The notes: generated by a model not told the origin, from the sequence alone. Numbered from the stretch's first letter, positions 1 to 7,127 are shown. The stretch is DNA of 40,833 nucleotides from a virus (IMGVR_UViG_3300006129_000013:1-40833); one strand, 5' to 3'. A program made the numbers and translations.

Positions 1-370
1 GGTACTCGCCATCCACGAACACCACCTCGGCCCAGATGTCGCGTAGCTGGCCGCTGTTGCGCGCCAGCCGGATCAGGCCGCGGTAACCGGGGACGAACGT
101 GCAGACGTTGCCGTAGGGAACGAGGTAGGCGTCACCGGTCGGACCGGGCTCCAGGCCGAGTTGGCTCGCGGTGAGCAGGGCGCCGAGGAAAGATTCGGGT
201 GTGCAGCGTGCCAGTGCCGGTGTCTGTCGCAGTGCCGTGGTGGCGATGCGGGCCATGCGGTCCGGGTTGAGGTGCTTGGGTAGCGCGCGGGCGATCTCCG
301 GCTTCATCTGTGTGATGAGCTGCGCCAGTGACGGTTTGCCGTTCTGCACGGCCGGGGCTGCGGATGTCAT
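1..370 (-). CDS. recT: RecT-family single-strand annealing recombinase (runs off the window edge)
   Basis: Own translation from ATG at 370: MTSAAPAVQNGKPSLAQLITQMKPEIARALPKHLNPDRMARIATTALRQTPALARCTPESFLGALLTASQLGLEPGPTGDAYLVPYGNVCTFVPGYRGLIRLARNSG, a classic RecT N-terminus; ATGA overlap with RecE. Confidence 0.93.
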   Translation of the reverse strand, partial: MTSAAPAVQNGKPSLAQLITQMKPEIARALPKHLNPDRMARIATTALRQTPALARCTPESFLGALLTASQLGLEPGPTGDAYLVPYGNVCTFVPGYRGLIRLARNSGQLRDIWAEVVFVDGEY

Positions 371-1218
371 GTGGTGATTCCCTCCAGTTCGGTGATGAGT
401 TGATTGGCGTCGTTCTGCACTGATGCGCGGGTTGCCCACGGCGGCAGGCCGACGTTGTGGATGTGGTCGCCATAGGCCGGCCAAACTTCGGTTCGGGTGC
501 AGCGGTCGAACAGGTCGATGGCCCGCCGGTTGCGATAGGCCCCTTCAGCGATGGCGTCAGCGTCCAGCTCGATGACGCTGACCGGGAATGGCGGTGTTTT
601 CTCGACGCAGACGAACAGGAACCGCGCGTCGTCGATGGCGTGCGCCGCGAGTCCTGCGAGATACCAGGCCGCTTGGGCTTCGTACCCGAACTTGACGACC
701 GAGCGAATGAACTCGCGCGGGTCGGCGCTGACCGTGGTTTTCAGGTCGACGCAGATCGGCCGCCCGTCCAAAGTTGTCAGCCAGTCCGGCCGGAACCGTA
801 ACTGCACGTCGGTCGGCTCGTCGCGCCACCACCCGGACCGTTCAGCGACACCGTCGGCGAACAGCGCCGCCGCGGTCGGGTGTGCCATGACGGCGTCCCG
901 AAGCTGGACAGCCGCGTCGTATTCGGCGCGCAGCACGGGCACGGCGCCGTCAGCGCGCGCGGTATCCCGTTCGGCTTGGGCAGCTTTTGAGCGCCAGTCG
1001 ACAGCCTCGACGATCTGGATGACGCTGCCTTCGCCGAGGACCAGCCGGTGCGCGAGATGACCGAAGTCGTAGGCCGGCTTAGGTGGTGGCGGGTTGTCCC
1101 GCTCCCACTTGAACCGCGCAGGGCAGTCGAGGATTTTGCGGGCGCCGGTCGACGACAGACTCGGTCCGGCGTGGTAGTCGGTGTCCGAGATCCCGCCGAT
1201 CAGGTTGTAGTCGCTCAC
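367..1218 (-). CDS. recE: RecE-like PD-(D/E)XK exonuclease (exonuclease VIII C-terminal type)
   Basis: LSSTGARKILDCPARF, RFRPDWL...VDLKT, YEAQAAWY motifs; adjacent to RecT. Start trimmed to GTG 1218 (GTGA overlap). Confidence 0.9.
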   Translation of the reverse strand: MSDYNLIGGISDTDYHAGPSLSSTGARKILDCPARFKWERDNPPPPKPAYDFGHLAHRLVLGEGSVIQIVEAVDWRSKAAQAERDTARADGAVPVLRAEYDAAVQLRDAVMAHPTAAALFADGVAERSGWWRDEPTDVQLRFRPDWLTTLDGRPICVDLKTTVSADPREFIRSVVKFGYEAQAAWYLAGLAAHAIDDARFLFVCVEKTPPFPVSVIELDADAIAEGAYRNRRAIDLFDRCTRTEVWPAYGDHIHNVGLPPWATRASVQNDANQLITELEGITT

Positions 1219-1337
1219 CGATCGTCGTCCCGATCTCCGATGAGGCCAAGCGCACGGCGGGGTTCTTCGGCGGCCAGCTCGCGCTCCACCTCGTTCATGC
1301 GCCACACGTCGGCCTGCCATTCGTCGCGGTCGTTCAC
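1215..1337 (-). CDS. small hypothetical protein (40 aa)
   Basis: Own translation VNDRDEWQADVWRMNEVERELAAEEPRRALGLIGDRDDDR; 4-bp overlaps on both sides. Confidence 0.55.
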   Translation of the reverse strand: MNDRDEWQADVWRMNEVERELAAEEPRRALGLIGDRDDDR

Positions 1338-1513
1338 GCGGTGTACTCCTTGGCGAGCCTGCAGACCCGTTGCGCGGCCAGTGACAGTGCAGTGGCGGCG
1401 TTGGCCTCACTGTTCATCTGGGCTGCCAACTGGTCGATCAAGGTCAGGACTTCCAGGCACGCGGCGAGGCGTCCCGCGGTGAACTCCCCTGACTGGGTGA
1501 TCGTTTCGCTCAT
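1334..1513 (-). CDS. small hypothetical protein (59 aa)
   Basis: Own translation MSETITQSGEFTAGRLAACLEVLTLIDQLAAQ...; 4-bp overlaps on both sides. Confidence 0.6.
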   Translation of the reverse strand: MSETITQSGEFTAGRLAACLEVLTLIDQLAAQMNSEANAATALSLAAQRVCRLAKEYTA

Positions 1514-1944
1514 GCGACCGCCTCACCTCCGAACTCGTCACGCATGATCTGAGCGAACTCGGTCAGGTGCCCGTACTTCCGCTTGAGATCCGCGATATCG
1601 CGCTCCATGTTTCGGAGCAGGATCTTGCGGGTCACCGGATTCTCAAGGATCTGCTCGGTCGGCGCGTAGCCCGTCACTTCCTCATCGCTCGATTCGCGCA
1701 GTGACGAGAAGGCGCGGATAAACTTCTTCTCATCCGATCCCCGTGCGATGTACTCAATCCGCACAGCACGAATCAACTGCTGCGCCTGGACAAGCCGATA
1801 CTTCTCACCGGCAATCTGGTCATTCCAATCAAACCGTGAATGGAGAGGCGAGCCTTCCGGGCGCGCCTCGTCCACGACGATCTGCGGGGTCAGTTCACCG
1901 TGCGCCTGGTAGATGCCGGTGAGTTGCGTGCGCAAATCAGCCAC
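1510..1944 (-). CDS. hypothetical protein translationally coupled to the RAMP-like gene (candidate accessory protein)
   Basis: GTG at 1944 shares a base with the upstream TAG; ELTPQIVVDEARPEGSPLHSRFDWNDQIAGEKYRLVQAQQLIR; helical C-terminus. Confidence 0.8.
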   Translation of the reverse strand: MADLRTQLTGIYQAHGELTPQIVVDEARPEGSPLHSRFDWNDQIAGEKYRLVQAQQLIRAVRIEYIARGSDEKKFIRAFSSLRESSDEEVTGYAPTEQILENPVTRKILLRNMERDIADLKRKYGHLTEFAQIMRDEFGGEAVA

Positions 1945-2570
1945 TAGATCACCTCGATGGTCTTGTCGATGTCGACCATGTATGTGCCGTATTCGCCGGA
2001 ACGCTGCGGACGCCACTCCCCGACGCCGACGCCCATGCCGCCGGCGTCAATGAGGGACAGCGCGGAGTTTTGGGACAGCGCCGACGTGACAAAGGTGATG
2101 ACCAGTTGGGCACTCCACTCGGTGAACTCGGCCCGGTAGCGCAGGTCTGTTCCCTGACCGACACGCACCACGTCCTCACGCATCCGGGGCTCACCGACTA
2201 TCGGGACCAATTGCGCCGGATCGGCTTTTGTCACGACACCTTTAAAGAAGAGGCACTGGCGAAGCATCGTCATAGTGACCGACTTGTCGTAAAACCGTGC
2301 CCCGCCGATGGTGGCGGCCTTGAATGCCAAGACGGGGAACCCGTAGGTGTCGCCGTTCTCGCCCGCGATGCGGTACAGGCTGGACTCGTAGTCAGCCTGC
2401 GGATCGCGGGTTTCCTTGACCTTCTTGCGTCCCTGTTGGGTGTCGAGCATCTGGCGCTTGGACTTTTCGGACCAGTTATGGACGATCAGCGGCGCGGTGC
2501 CGATGATCGGGACACGTAGGGTCTGTGCGCCGATTTTGTCGATCTGAATTGCTGCGACCTGATCGGTCAT
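1944..2570 (-). CDS. stand-alone Cas7/RAMP-like protein (208 aa)
   Basis: ATG 2570 after an A-rich leader with GGAAAG. RAMP-like order of motifs: LRVPIIGTAPLIVH (first strand), YGFPVLAFKAAT (cf. PxIPGSSLKG), LRYRAEFTEWSAQLVI, C-terminal Gly-rich loop GMGVGVGEWRPQRSGEYGTY. Confidence 0.72.
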   Translation of the reverse strand: MTDQVAAIQIDKIGAQTLRVPIIGTAPLIVHNWSEKSKRQMLDTQQGRKKVKETRDPQADYESSLYRIAGENGDTYGFPVLAFKAATIGGARFYDKSVTMTMLRQCLFFKGVVTKADPAQLVPIVGEPRMREDVVRVGQGTDLRYRAEFTEWSAQLVITFVTSALSQNSALSLIDAGGMGVGVGEWRPQRSGEYGTYMVDIDKTIEVI

Positions 2571-2611
2571 GTTGATACACTTCTTTCCTGTTGTTGTTGT
2601 GTTTTCTTTCC

Positions 2612-2647
2612 TTGGCCCGGTGTTCTCAGCACCGGGCCAAACTTTTT
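2612..2647. terminator. 11-bp perfect hairpin between the array and the RAMP-like gene
   Basis: ttggcccggtg (2612-2622) / caccgggccaa (2630-2640), followed by acttttt on the + strand. Could be a + strand terminator or the 3' boundary of a minus-strand array RNA. Confidence 0.65.
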
Positions 2648-2657
2648 GTGTGGGGTC

Positions 2658-2888
2658 ATGCCAAGCCGTGCCAAGCCGTGCCTTGCCGTGCCTGCCATGC
2701 CGGGCCTTGCCAAGCCATGCCATGCCGGGCCTTGCCAGGCCATGCCATGCCCCGCCCCGCCTGCCCTGCCTTGCCTTGCCCCGCCTTGCCCCGCCGTGCC
2801 CCGCCATGCCTGCCCTGCCCCGCCTGCCCTGCCGCGCCGGGCCTTGCCCTGCCGGGCCTTGCCATGCCTAGCCAGGCCGTGCCCTGCC
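2658..2888 (-). repeat. GGC-NN pentamer array (47 GGC units; 43 pentamers + 4 GGCA tetramers)
   Basis: Parsed by hand: 43x5 + 4x4 = 231 nt, exactly 2658-2888. GGC is invariant and NN takes 10 different dinucleotides. Confidence 0.97.
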
Positions 2889-2904
2889 TGGGCTGCTGTG
2901 ACGT

Positions 2905-3069
2905 TCACGACCACTCGTCCCAGATTGCGCAGGCAGTCCATCCGGCGACGCCGACACCCGCTACCGCCAACCCGGCGATAGCGTCGGTTCCCATCCCGCC
3001 CATAAGTGACAGCAAGCTGTACAAAGCGCCCAGCAGCGAGGTGACAAACAGTGCGACGCGGATCGTCAT
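2905..3069 (-). CDS. small two-TM membrane protein (54 aa)
   Basis: Own translation MTIRVALFVTSLLGALYSLLSLMGGMGTDAIAGLAVAGVGVAGWTACAIWDEWS; ATGA overlap with the upstream gene. Confidence 0.65.
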   Translation of the reverse strand: MTIRVALFVTSLLGALYSLLSLMGGMGTDAIAGLAVAGVGVAGWTACAIWDEWS

Positions 3070-3272
3070 TCGGCTACTCCCCGAAACTCAGGGTCAGAGA
3101 GCACGGTGGTTCGCCACGGTTCGCCGCTTGATGGGCAGGTGTCGCGCCGAATGGAGTCAAGGTGCGCGACGATGTTTCCCTTGGTGGTCGGTTTCACTTC
3201 GCGCCGGCACGTCGGGCATAGCCAGCGCCGTCCAATGACCATCGTGTTGGTGCCTTCCAGTAGCGCGGTCAT
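3066..3272 (-). CDS. small putative zinc-binding protein
   Basis: CPTC...H...C motif; ATG 3272 overlaps the upstream stop. Confidence 0.7.
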   Translation of the reverse strand: MTALLEGTNTMVIGRRWLCPTCRREVKPTTKGNIVAHLDSIRRDTCPSSGEPWRTTVLSDPEFRGVAE

Positions 3273-3478
3273 CGTGCGGGTCTCCATGTTCCGGCGGTTT
3301 TCTGTCGGTGTTCTTCGGCGATGGCGTGTGCGCGTTCCTCGTTGACGAATGGGCCGACGTAGCGGCATCCGTCCTCGAGGCAGACGGGTCGGTGGCTGTC
3401 GCCGAACCGGCAGTGGTGTGCGTCGATGGCGCACAGGTGACCCTCGTTGGTCAGCAGGCGCAGGAAGCGGGTACTCAT
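3269..3478 (-). CDS. small Cys/His-rich hypothetical protein
   Basis: PVCLEDGCRYVG...AIAEEH; 4-bp overlaps. Confidence 0.7.
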   Translation of the reverse strand: MSTRFLRLLTNEGHLCAIDAHHCRFGDSHRPVCLEDGCRYVGPFVNEERAHAIAEEHRQKTAGTWRPAR

Positions 3479-3987
3479 GCCACGCTCGACTTCGCGCCGT
3501 ACTTCGCCACAAACATGTCGATGATGTAGCTGTAGCGCGGGCAGCCGTCATAGATGGACATGGCGACGGCTTCCCCGGCCTGGGGCGCGGTGAGTCCCTG
3601 CTCCGCGGCGGCCTCCATGATTCCCAGCAGCCCATTGGTCGAGGGGTAGTCGGCGATGGTGGCGCAGACGGCGCCCTCGTTGTGCGCAGCCCACGACACG
3701 GCTTGCGGGTCCGGGTTGGTGTCGGCTTTGGCCGATGCGGCGTAGACGACGGTCCCCAGCGCGGCCATCAGGGCCATCAGCAGGGCGACGGCGAGCCCGT
3801 CGAAGATGCGGGCACGGCGAAACCTGGACCGGCCGAACAGCTTCGAGGACCAGCGGGCCTTGATCATGTCGGTGGACTGGCCGCGTTCGGCGTCGTCCAG
3901 CTCGGCGTGAAATGCCTGCGCGGTATCGATGGCGTCCTGCCTGGTCGAGATGGGGATGACGTTCTCGGGTAAACTGGTTGTGCTCAC
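3475..3987 (-). CDS. membrane-anchored protein with a DUF732-like C-terminal domain
   Basis: TM segment then AKAD...AVCATIAD...AVAMSIYDGCP two-Cys domain typical of mycobacterial phage proteins. Confidence 0.7.
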   Translation of the reverse strand: MSTTSLPENVIPISTRQDAIDTAQAFHAELDDAERGQSTDMIKARWSSKLFGRSRFRRARIFDGLAVALLMALMAALGTVVYAASAKADTNPDPQAVSWAAHNEGAVCATIADYPSTNGLLGIMEAAAEQGLTAPQAGEAVAMSIYDGCPRYSYIIDMFVAKYGAKSSVA

Positions 3988-4014
3988 TGGTTCTTCTCCG
4001 TTCTGAGTGGGCTT

Positions 4015-4050
4015 GGCGTCGTCCGTTGGCAGCGGGCGGCGCCGTTTTTT
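4015..4050 (+). terminator. intrinsic terminator on the + strand (antisense to the early operon)
   Basis: ggcgtcgtccgtt-ggc-agcgggcggcgcc stem with G-U pairs that form only on +, followed by gtttttt. Confidence 0.65.
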
Positions 4051-4054
4051 CTGC

Positions 4055-4399
4055 TCAGTCGCCTTGACTGGCCAGATCTTTTGCGCGCTCGCGCAATTCA
4101 GCGGCGAACCCTTCGACCCACGGCTGCGGCCGAATGAAGGCCATCAGTCCCAGGGCGCGGATCTCCTCGGCGGCGAACGTCAGCAGATCCGACGTCGACT
4201 CGCGTTCGTCATCGTTGAGGTGCCCGCCGGTGCCGGCGCACGTCCCTGCACTGGCAGCACCAGCACCGGCGGGCGGTGTCTCATCTACAACGGCCGGGTA
4301 GGGGGCGGGCCGGAGATGAAACACGTCTTCGAGGTAGGTCATGGCGCGGTCGGCGAGCGTGATGCTGGCGCCGATGGCGTCGATCAGCAGGCCGATCAC
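4055..4399 (-). CDS. hypothetical protein
   Basis: GTG 4399 overlaps the upstream stop; ORF fills the operon gap. Confidence 0.6.
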   Translation of the reverse strand: MIGLLIDAIGASITLADRAMTYLEDVFHLRPAPYPAVVDETPPAGAGAASAGTCAGTGGHLNDDERESTSDLLTFAAEEIRALGLMAFIRPQPWVEGFAAELRERAKDLASQGD

Positions 4400-4593
4400 C
4401 GCTGGCACCATTCGCTGTGGCACCAGTCGGCCTGGCACCACTGGCCGTGCACGTCGCACATCTCGTCCTCACCGGCCAGCGGTGTCGACAGCACGGTGGC
4501 GATCAGGTCGTCCAGGCGCCGGGACTCCTCTTGCCAGCGCAGTGCGAGCCAGCCGAGGCCGAGCAGGGCGAGGGATGCGATGGCGACGCTCAT
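4396..4593 (-). CDS. small membrane-anchored protein with a Cys-rich tail
   Basis: N-terminal hydrophobic helix; CDVHGQWCQADWC; 4-bp overlaps. Confidence 0.65.
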   Translation of the reverse strand: MSVAIASLALLGLGWLALRWQEESRRLDDLIATVLSTPLAGEDEMCDVHGQWCQADWCHSEWCQR

Positions 4594-4799
4594 GCGGACA
4601 CCGGCTCATAGCTGGGCAGGTCGCGGATGTACCGCTCTAGCTCGGCCTGGGTGATCTTGACGTTGCGACCGTCGCGCACGGCGGCGATGGCGCCGACGCG
4701 GATCAGTTCGTCGAGCCGGCGCGGGCTGGTTTTGAGGTAGCGGGCCGATTCTGCGCGCGAGCGCAGGCCACCGCTATCCGGTGCGGTCTCGTTGGGCAT
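4590..4799 (-). CDS. excisionase/Cro-like HTH DNA-binding protein
   Basis: RSRAESARYLKTSPRRLDELIRVGAIAAVRDGRNVKITQAELERYI, Xis-type HTH; divergent from the repressor. Confidence 0.85.
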   Translation of the reverse strand: MPNETAPDSGGLRSRAESARYLKTSPRRLDELIRVGAIAAVRDGRNVKITQAELERYIRDLPSYEPVSA

Positions 4800-4960
4800 G
4801 GCAGGAAATGTACCGCCAGTGGCAGACATTTCCCGTCAGTGGGAGTACCTAACTAGGTCACGTTTTGGTAACGGTGTGCAATATGCAGGTAAATGCGGGT
4901 GTTTACTGGAAATAGGCCAGTTGCTGCGACACGCATTGCGGTGGGTCGGGGGGTATTTTC
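4800..4960. promoter_or_regulatory. divergent lysis/lysogeny switch region with candidate operators
   Basis: CCGYCAGTGG repeated at 4813-4822 and 4833-4842; inverted repeat ggaaatgt/acatttcc at 4804-4833; minus-strand TACATT 7 nt before ATG 4799. Confidence 0.55.
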
Positions 4961-5272
4961 ATGCACGTGTCGGAGACATGGTCAGCGTATGTGCGCCGAA
5001 TAACCGGGACGATGACCATTGCGCAAATCTCGGACCGCAGCGGGGTGGCGCAGTCCAATGTCGGCCGCTGGTTGCGCGGGGAGCGTGGCCAGCCCAAGCC
5101 TGACAGTGTGATCGCCTTCGCGCGTGCGTTCGATCAGCCGGTGGTCGAGGCGCTGGTGGCGGCGGGTTATGTGGACCGCTCCGATGTCGCGGCCGGCGCG
5201 CGGACGCCGCTGGACGAATACAGCACTGCCGAGATCATCGACGAGCTACGGCGCAGAACTGTCGCAGACTGA
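4961..5272 (+). CDS. immunity repressor, XRE-family HTH
   Basis: TIAQISDRSGVAQSNVGRWLRGERGQPKPDSVIAFARAF...VEALVAAGY; the only credible + strand gene, next to the integrase. Confidence 0.88.
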   Translation: MHVSETWSAYVRRITGTMTIAQISDRSGVAQSNVGRWLRGERGQPKPDSVIAFARAFDQPVVEALVAAGYVDRSDVAAGARTPLDEYSTAEIIDELRRRTVAD

Positions 5273-5371
5273 CCGCTCGAACAGATCCAGCAGTGCGAGG
5301 CGATCCTCGACGGTCAGTAGCGCCGGGTCGACGGTGGTTAGCAGCGCCCGTAGCTCTGCGATCAGTTCCAC
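5246..5371 (-). CDS. possible 41-aa protein overlapping the repressor 3' end
   Basis: GTG 5371 after a purine-rich RBS-like stretch; VELIAELRALLTTVDPALLTVEDRLALLDLFERS. Confidence 0.35.
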   Translation of the reverse strand: MELIAELRALLTTVDPALLTVEDRLALLDLFERSVCDSSAP

Positions 5372-5419
5372 TTCTGTGTTTCCCCTTCCCCACCGGCAGC
5401 GCCGGTCCCATAAGTGAAC

Positions 5420-6673
5420 TTAGTGTGAACGGGTGACAGGAATCAACGCGCCCAGGTTGGCCCACGCGCGCCGCGCCAGCTCGAGGTCGACGTGCTGGTA
5501 GCCGCGGGTGGTGGCGATGTTCGAGTGCCCGATGACGGACTGCACGACATGGCTGTCGACGTTGGCCTCCATCAGCAGCGTGGCCGTAGAATGCCGGATG
5601 CTGTGCTGCGGCGCGTGCGGCACTTTAGCGTCCACTAATAACTTCTTCCAGGCGCGCTGGTCTTGATCCTGCGTGATCGGGGCGCCGCCGGGGTGGTGAA
5701 ATACCAGCCCGTGCGGGTTGTCGCCGTCGGTGGTCCGTAGCGCGCGCAGTGCGTCGACCATTGCCGGGATCAGCGGGATGACGCGGGTGCCCGCTTTGGT
5801 CTTGGGCCGCGTCCACACCAGGGTGTTTTCGCATTCGCGCCACACCATGCCGGCGGGGAACTTCCAGTGCGCGCCGGGACAGAACGACGAGCGAGTCATG
5901 CCACACGGGTAGGCGCCGTCGACCGGCTTACCGCAGCCGTGCTCCTTCTGCAGCCGTTGAAGCTGCCATGAGATGTCGAGGGTGGCGTGCTCAAGGTCGA
6001 CGCGGTCCCATTCCAGGCCGAGGATCTCCGACTCGCGCGCGCCGGTGGTGAAGCCGAGCGCCCATCGGGTGCCCCACACGTCGCCCTGTGCCTGCAACGC
6101 GGTGGCGATGATGTGCATCGAGGTCGGCGCGGAGAACACCACGGCGTCCTTGGCGGTGTGCGCAGGCTTGTCGACGCGGTCCATCACGCTGACACCGAGG
6201 ATGCCGTCGCGCACGGCGGCGGCCAGCGCGAGTCGCAGCACCTGATCGGCCTTCTGGGCGCACCGGCCGCCGATGGTGTCCTGAAGCGTGGTGTAGAGCC
6301 CGCGGATGTCGGCGGGGTGCAGCTTGTCCAGGCGTTTGGCGCCGAGGTGCGGGACGATGTGGTGGGCGATGATGTTGCGGTAGGACAGGATCGTGCCCTG
6401 TTTGACCTTGCGGTGCGGCAGGATGTCGGTCTGCCAGTAGTCCAGCCACTTGGCCACGCTGGTCGAGCGCGCGCCGGTGACCTTCCCGGCAGCCACATCC
6501 TTCTTGAGATCCCGCAGCGCGGCCACGCATTCGTTGCGGCTCTTGCGGACGATGCGCTTGTAGCGGCGCCGTCCATCGGCGCCGGGTGCCAACTCCACGC
6601 CGCCGACCCAGTAGCCGTCGCCACGCTTGTAGAGCGCGCCGTCCCCGCGGCCTCGTCTAGGCTTCTTTTCCAT
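5420..6673 (-). CDS. int: tyrosine integrase
   Basis: Arm-binding N-terminus RRGRGDGALYKR; catalytic TGARESE, KTKAG, HSIRH, IGHS, TRGYQH. Confidence 0.96.
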   Translation of the reverse strand: MEKKPRRGRGDGALYKRGDGYWVGGVELAPGADGRRRYKRIVRKSRNECVAALRDLKKDVAAGKVTGARSTSVAKWLDYWQTDILPHRKVKQGTILSYRNIIAHHIVPHLGAKRLDKLHPADIRGLYTTLQDTIGGRCAQKADQVLRLALAAAVRDGILGVSVMDRVDKPAHTAKDAVVFSAPTSMHIIATALQAQGDVWGTRWALGFTTGARESEILGLEWDRVDLEHATLDISWQLQRLQKEHGCGKPVDGAYPCGMTRSSFCPGAHWKFPAGMVWRECENTLVWTRPKTKAGTRVIPLIPAMVDALRALRTTDGDNPHGLVFHHPGGAPITQDQDQRAWKKLLVDAKVPHAPQHSIRHSTATLLMEANVDSHVVQSVIGHSNIATTRGYQHVDLELARRAWANLGALIPVTRSH

Positions 6674-6704
6674 GAGCAAATCCTATTCTGCGGCGTCACG
6701 CCAT

Positions 6705-6725
6705 TGTGCACTACATGTGCACTAC
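6705..6725. repeat. tandem 10-bp direct repeat, candidate integrase arm-type sites
   Basis: tgtgcactac at 6705-6714 and 6716-6725, about 100 bp from the att core. Confidence 0.6.
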
Positions 6726-6820
6726 GTCATGCTTTCCCCTGCTAGTTGGTGCAACATGGAAACGTCTCTACCAGGGGATATGAGCAGGTCACCACGGGCG
6801 GAGCCTACCGTACATGGAAA

Positions 6821-6862
6821 CTTCTAAGCCCTAGGTCGTAGGTTCGAGCCCTACCGGAGGCG
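6821..6862 (+). mobile_element. attP: attP common core = 3' half of tRNA-Arg(TCT)
   Basis: cttctaa anticodon loop, T-arm gtagg-ttcgagc-cctac, acceptor 3' strand cggaggc; no D-arm or 5' acceptor strand upstream; next to int. Confidence 0.88.
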
Positions 6863-6916
6863 CAGCTAGAACTAGGTACCGGCGGTATCGGTAGACTCTA
6901 GATGTACACAAACGCG

Positions 6917-6951
6917 AAAACCGCCCCCACGCATAAGGTGTAGGGGCGGTT
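6917..6951 (-). terminator. intrinsic terminator ending the late/lysis operon before attP
   Basis: aaccgcccc/ggggcggtt stem followed by TTTT on the minus strand, just after the stop at 6966. Confidence 0.75.
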
Positions 6952-6965
6952 CCGGTCGGGCGTGT

Positions 6966-7127
6966 CTAGCGGCGGTGGTGTTCGTCGCGCACCAGTTTCA
7001 GCGCGGCGTCGATGTGGCGTCGTGTGTCCTCGTCGGCCAGCTCGCGCGCCAGCATCAAGTGATGGGTGATCGGCCCGGTGAGCATGGCGCAGTCGGTGTG
7101 CATCCAGTCGGGGGCTTTGGGGCTCAT
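6966..7127 (-). CDS. small hypothetical protein
   Basis: MSPKAPDWMHTDC...; ATG 7127 overlaps the upstream stop. Confidence 0.6.
   Translation of the reverse strand: MSPKAPDWMHTDCAMLTGPITHHLMLARELADEDTRRHIDAALKLVRDEHHRR

Larger units (their letters stand above)
2612..2904 (-). ncRNA. candidate guide-like RNA spanning the GGC-NN array and 3' hairpin
   Basis: Intergenic between a stop at 2905 and the RAMP-like gene; 5-nt period with phase breaks argues against coding. Transcription is inferred only. Confidence 0.55.

Noticed and set aside
2580-2610. Short (TTG)n / CAA-rich run next to the array
   Set aside because: Only about four units; best explained as the unstructured A-rich translation leader of the RAMP-like gene.
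2658-2888. Canonical CRISPR array or simple microsatellite
   Set aside because: There are no 23-50 nt repeats with unique spacers. Unlike a microsatellite, variation is confined to two of five positions while GGC is perfect in all 47 units.
2567-2941. ORFs crossing the GGC-NN array (2567-2941, 2656-2865, 2569-2871, 2646-2981, and the N-terminal extension of 1944-2807)
   Set aside because: Low-complexity ARHG/AWQG/PCLA translations arise because the repeat has almost no stop codons. The 5-nt period and a good RBS before ATG 2570 favour a non-coding array.
6790-6865. Complete phage tRNA gene
   Set aside because: No 5' acceptor strand (GCCTCCG) or D-arm upstream; only the 3' half is present, as expected for attP.
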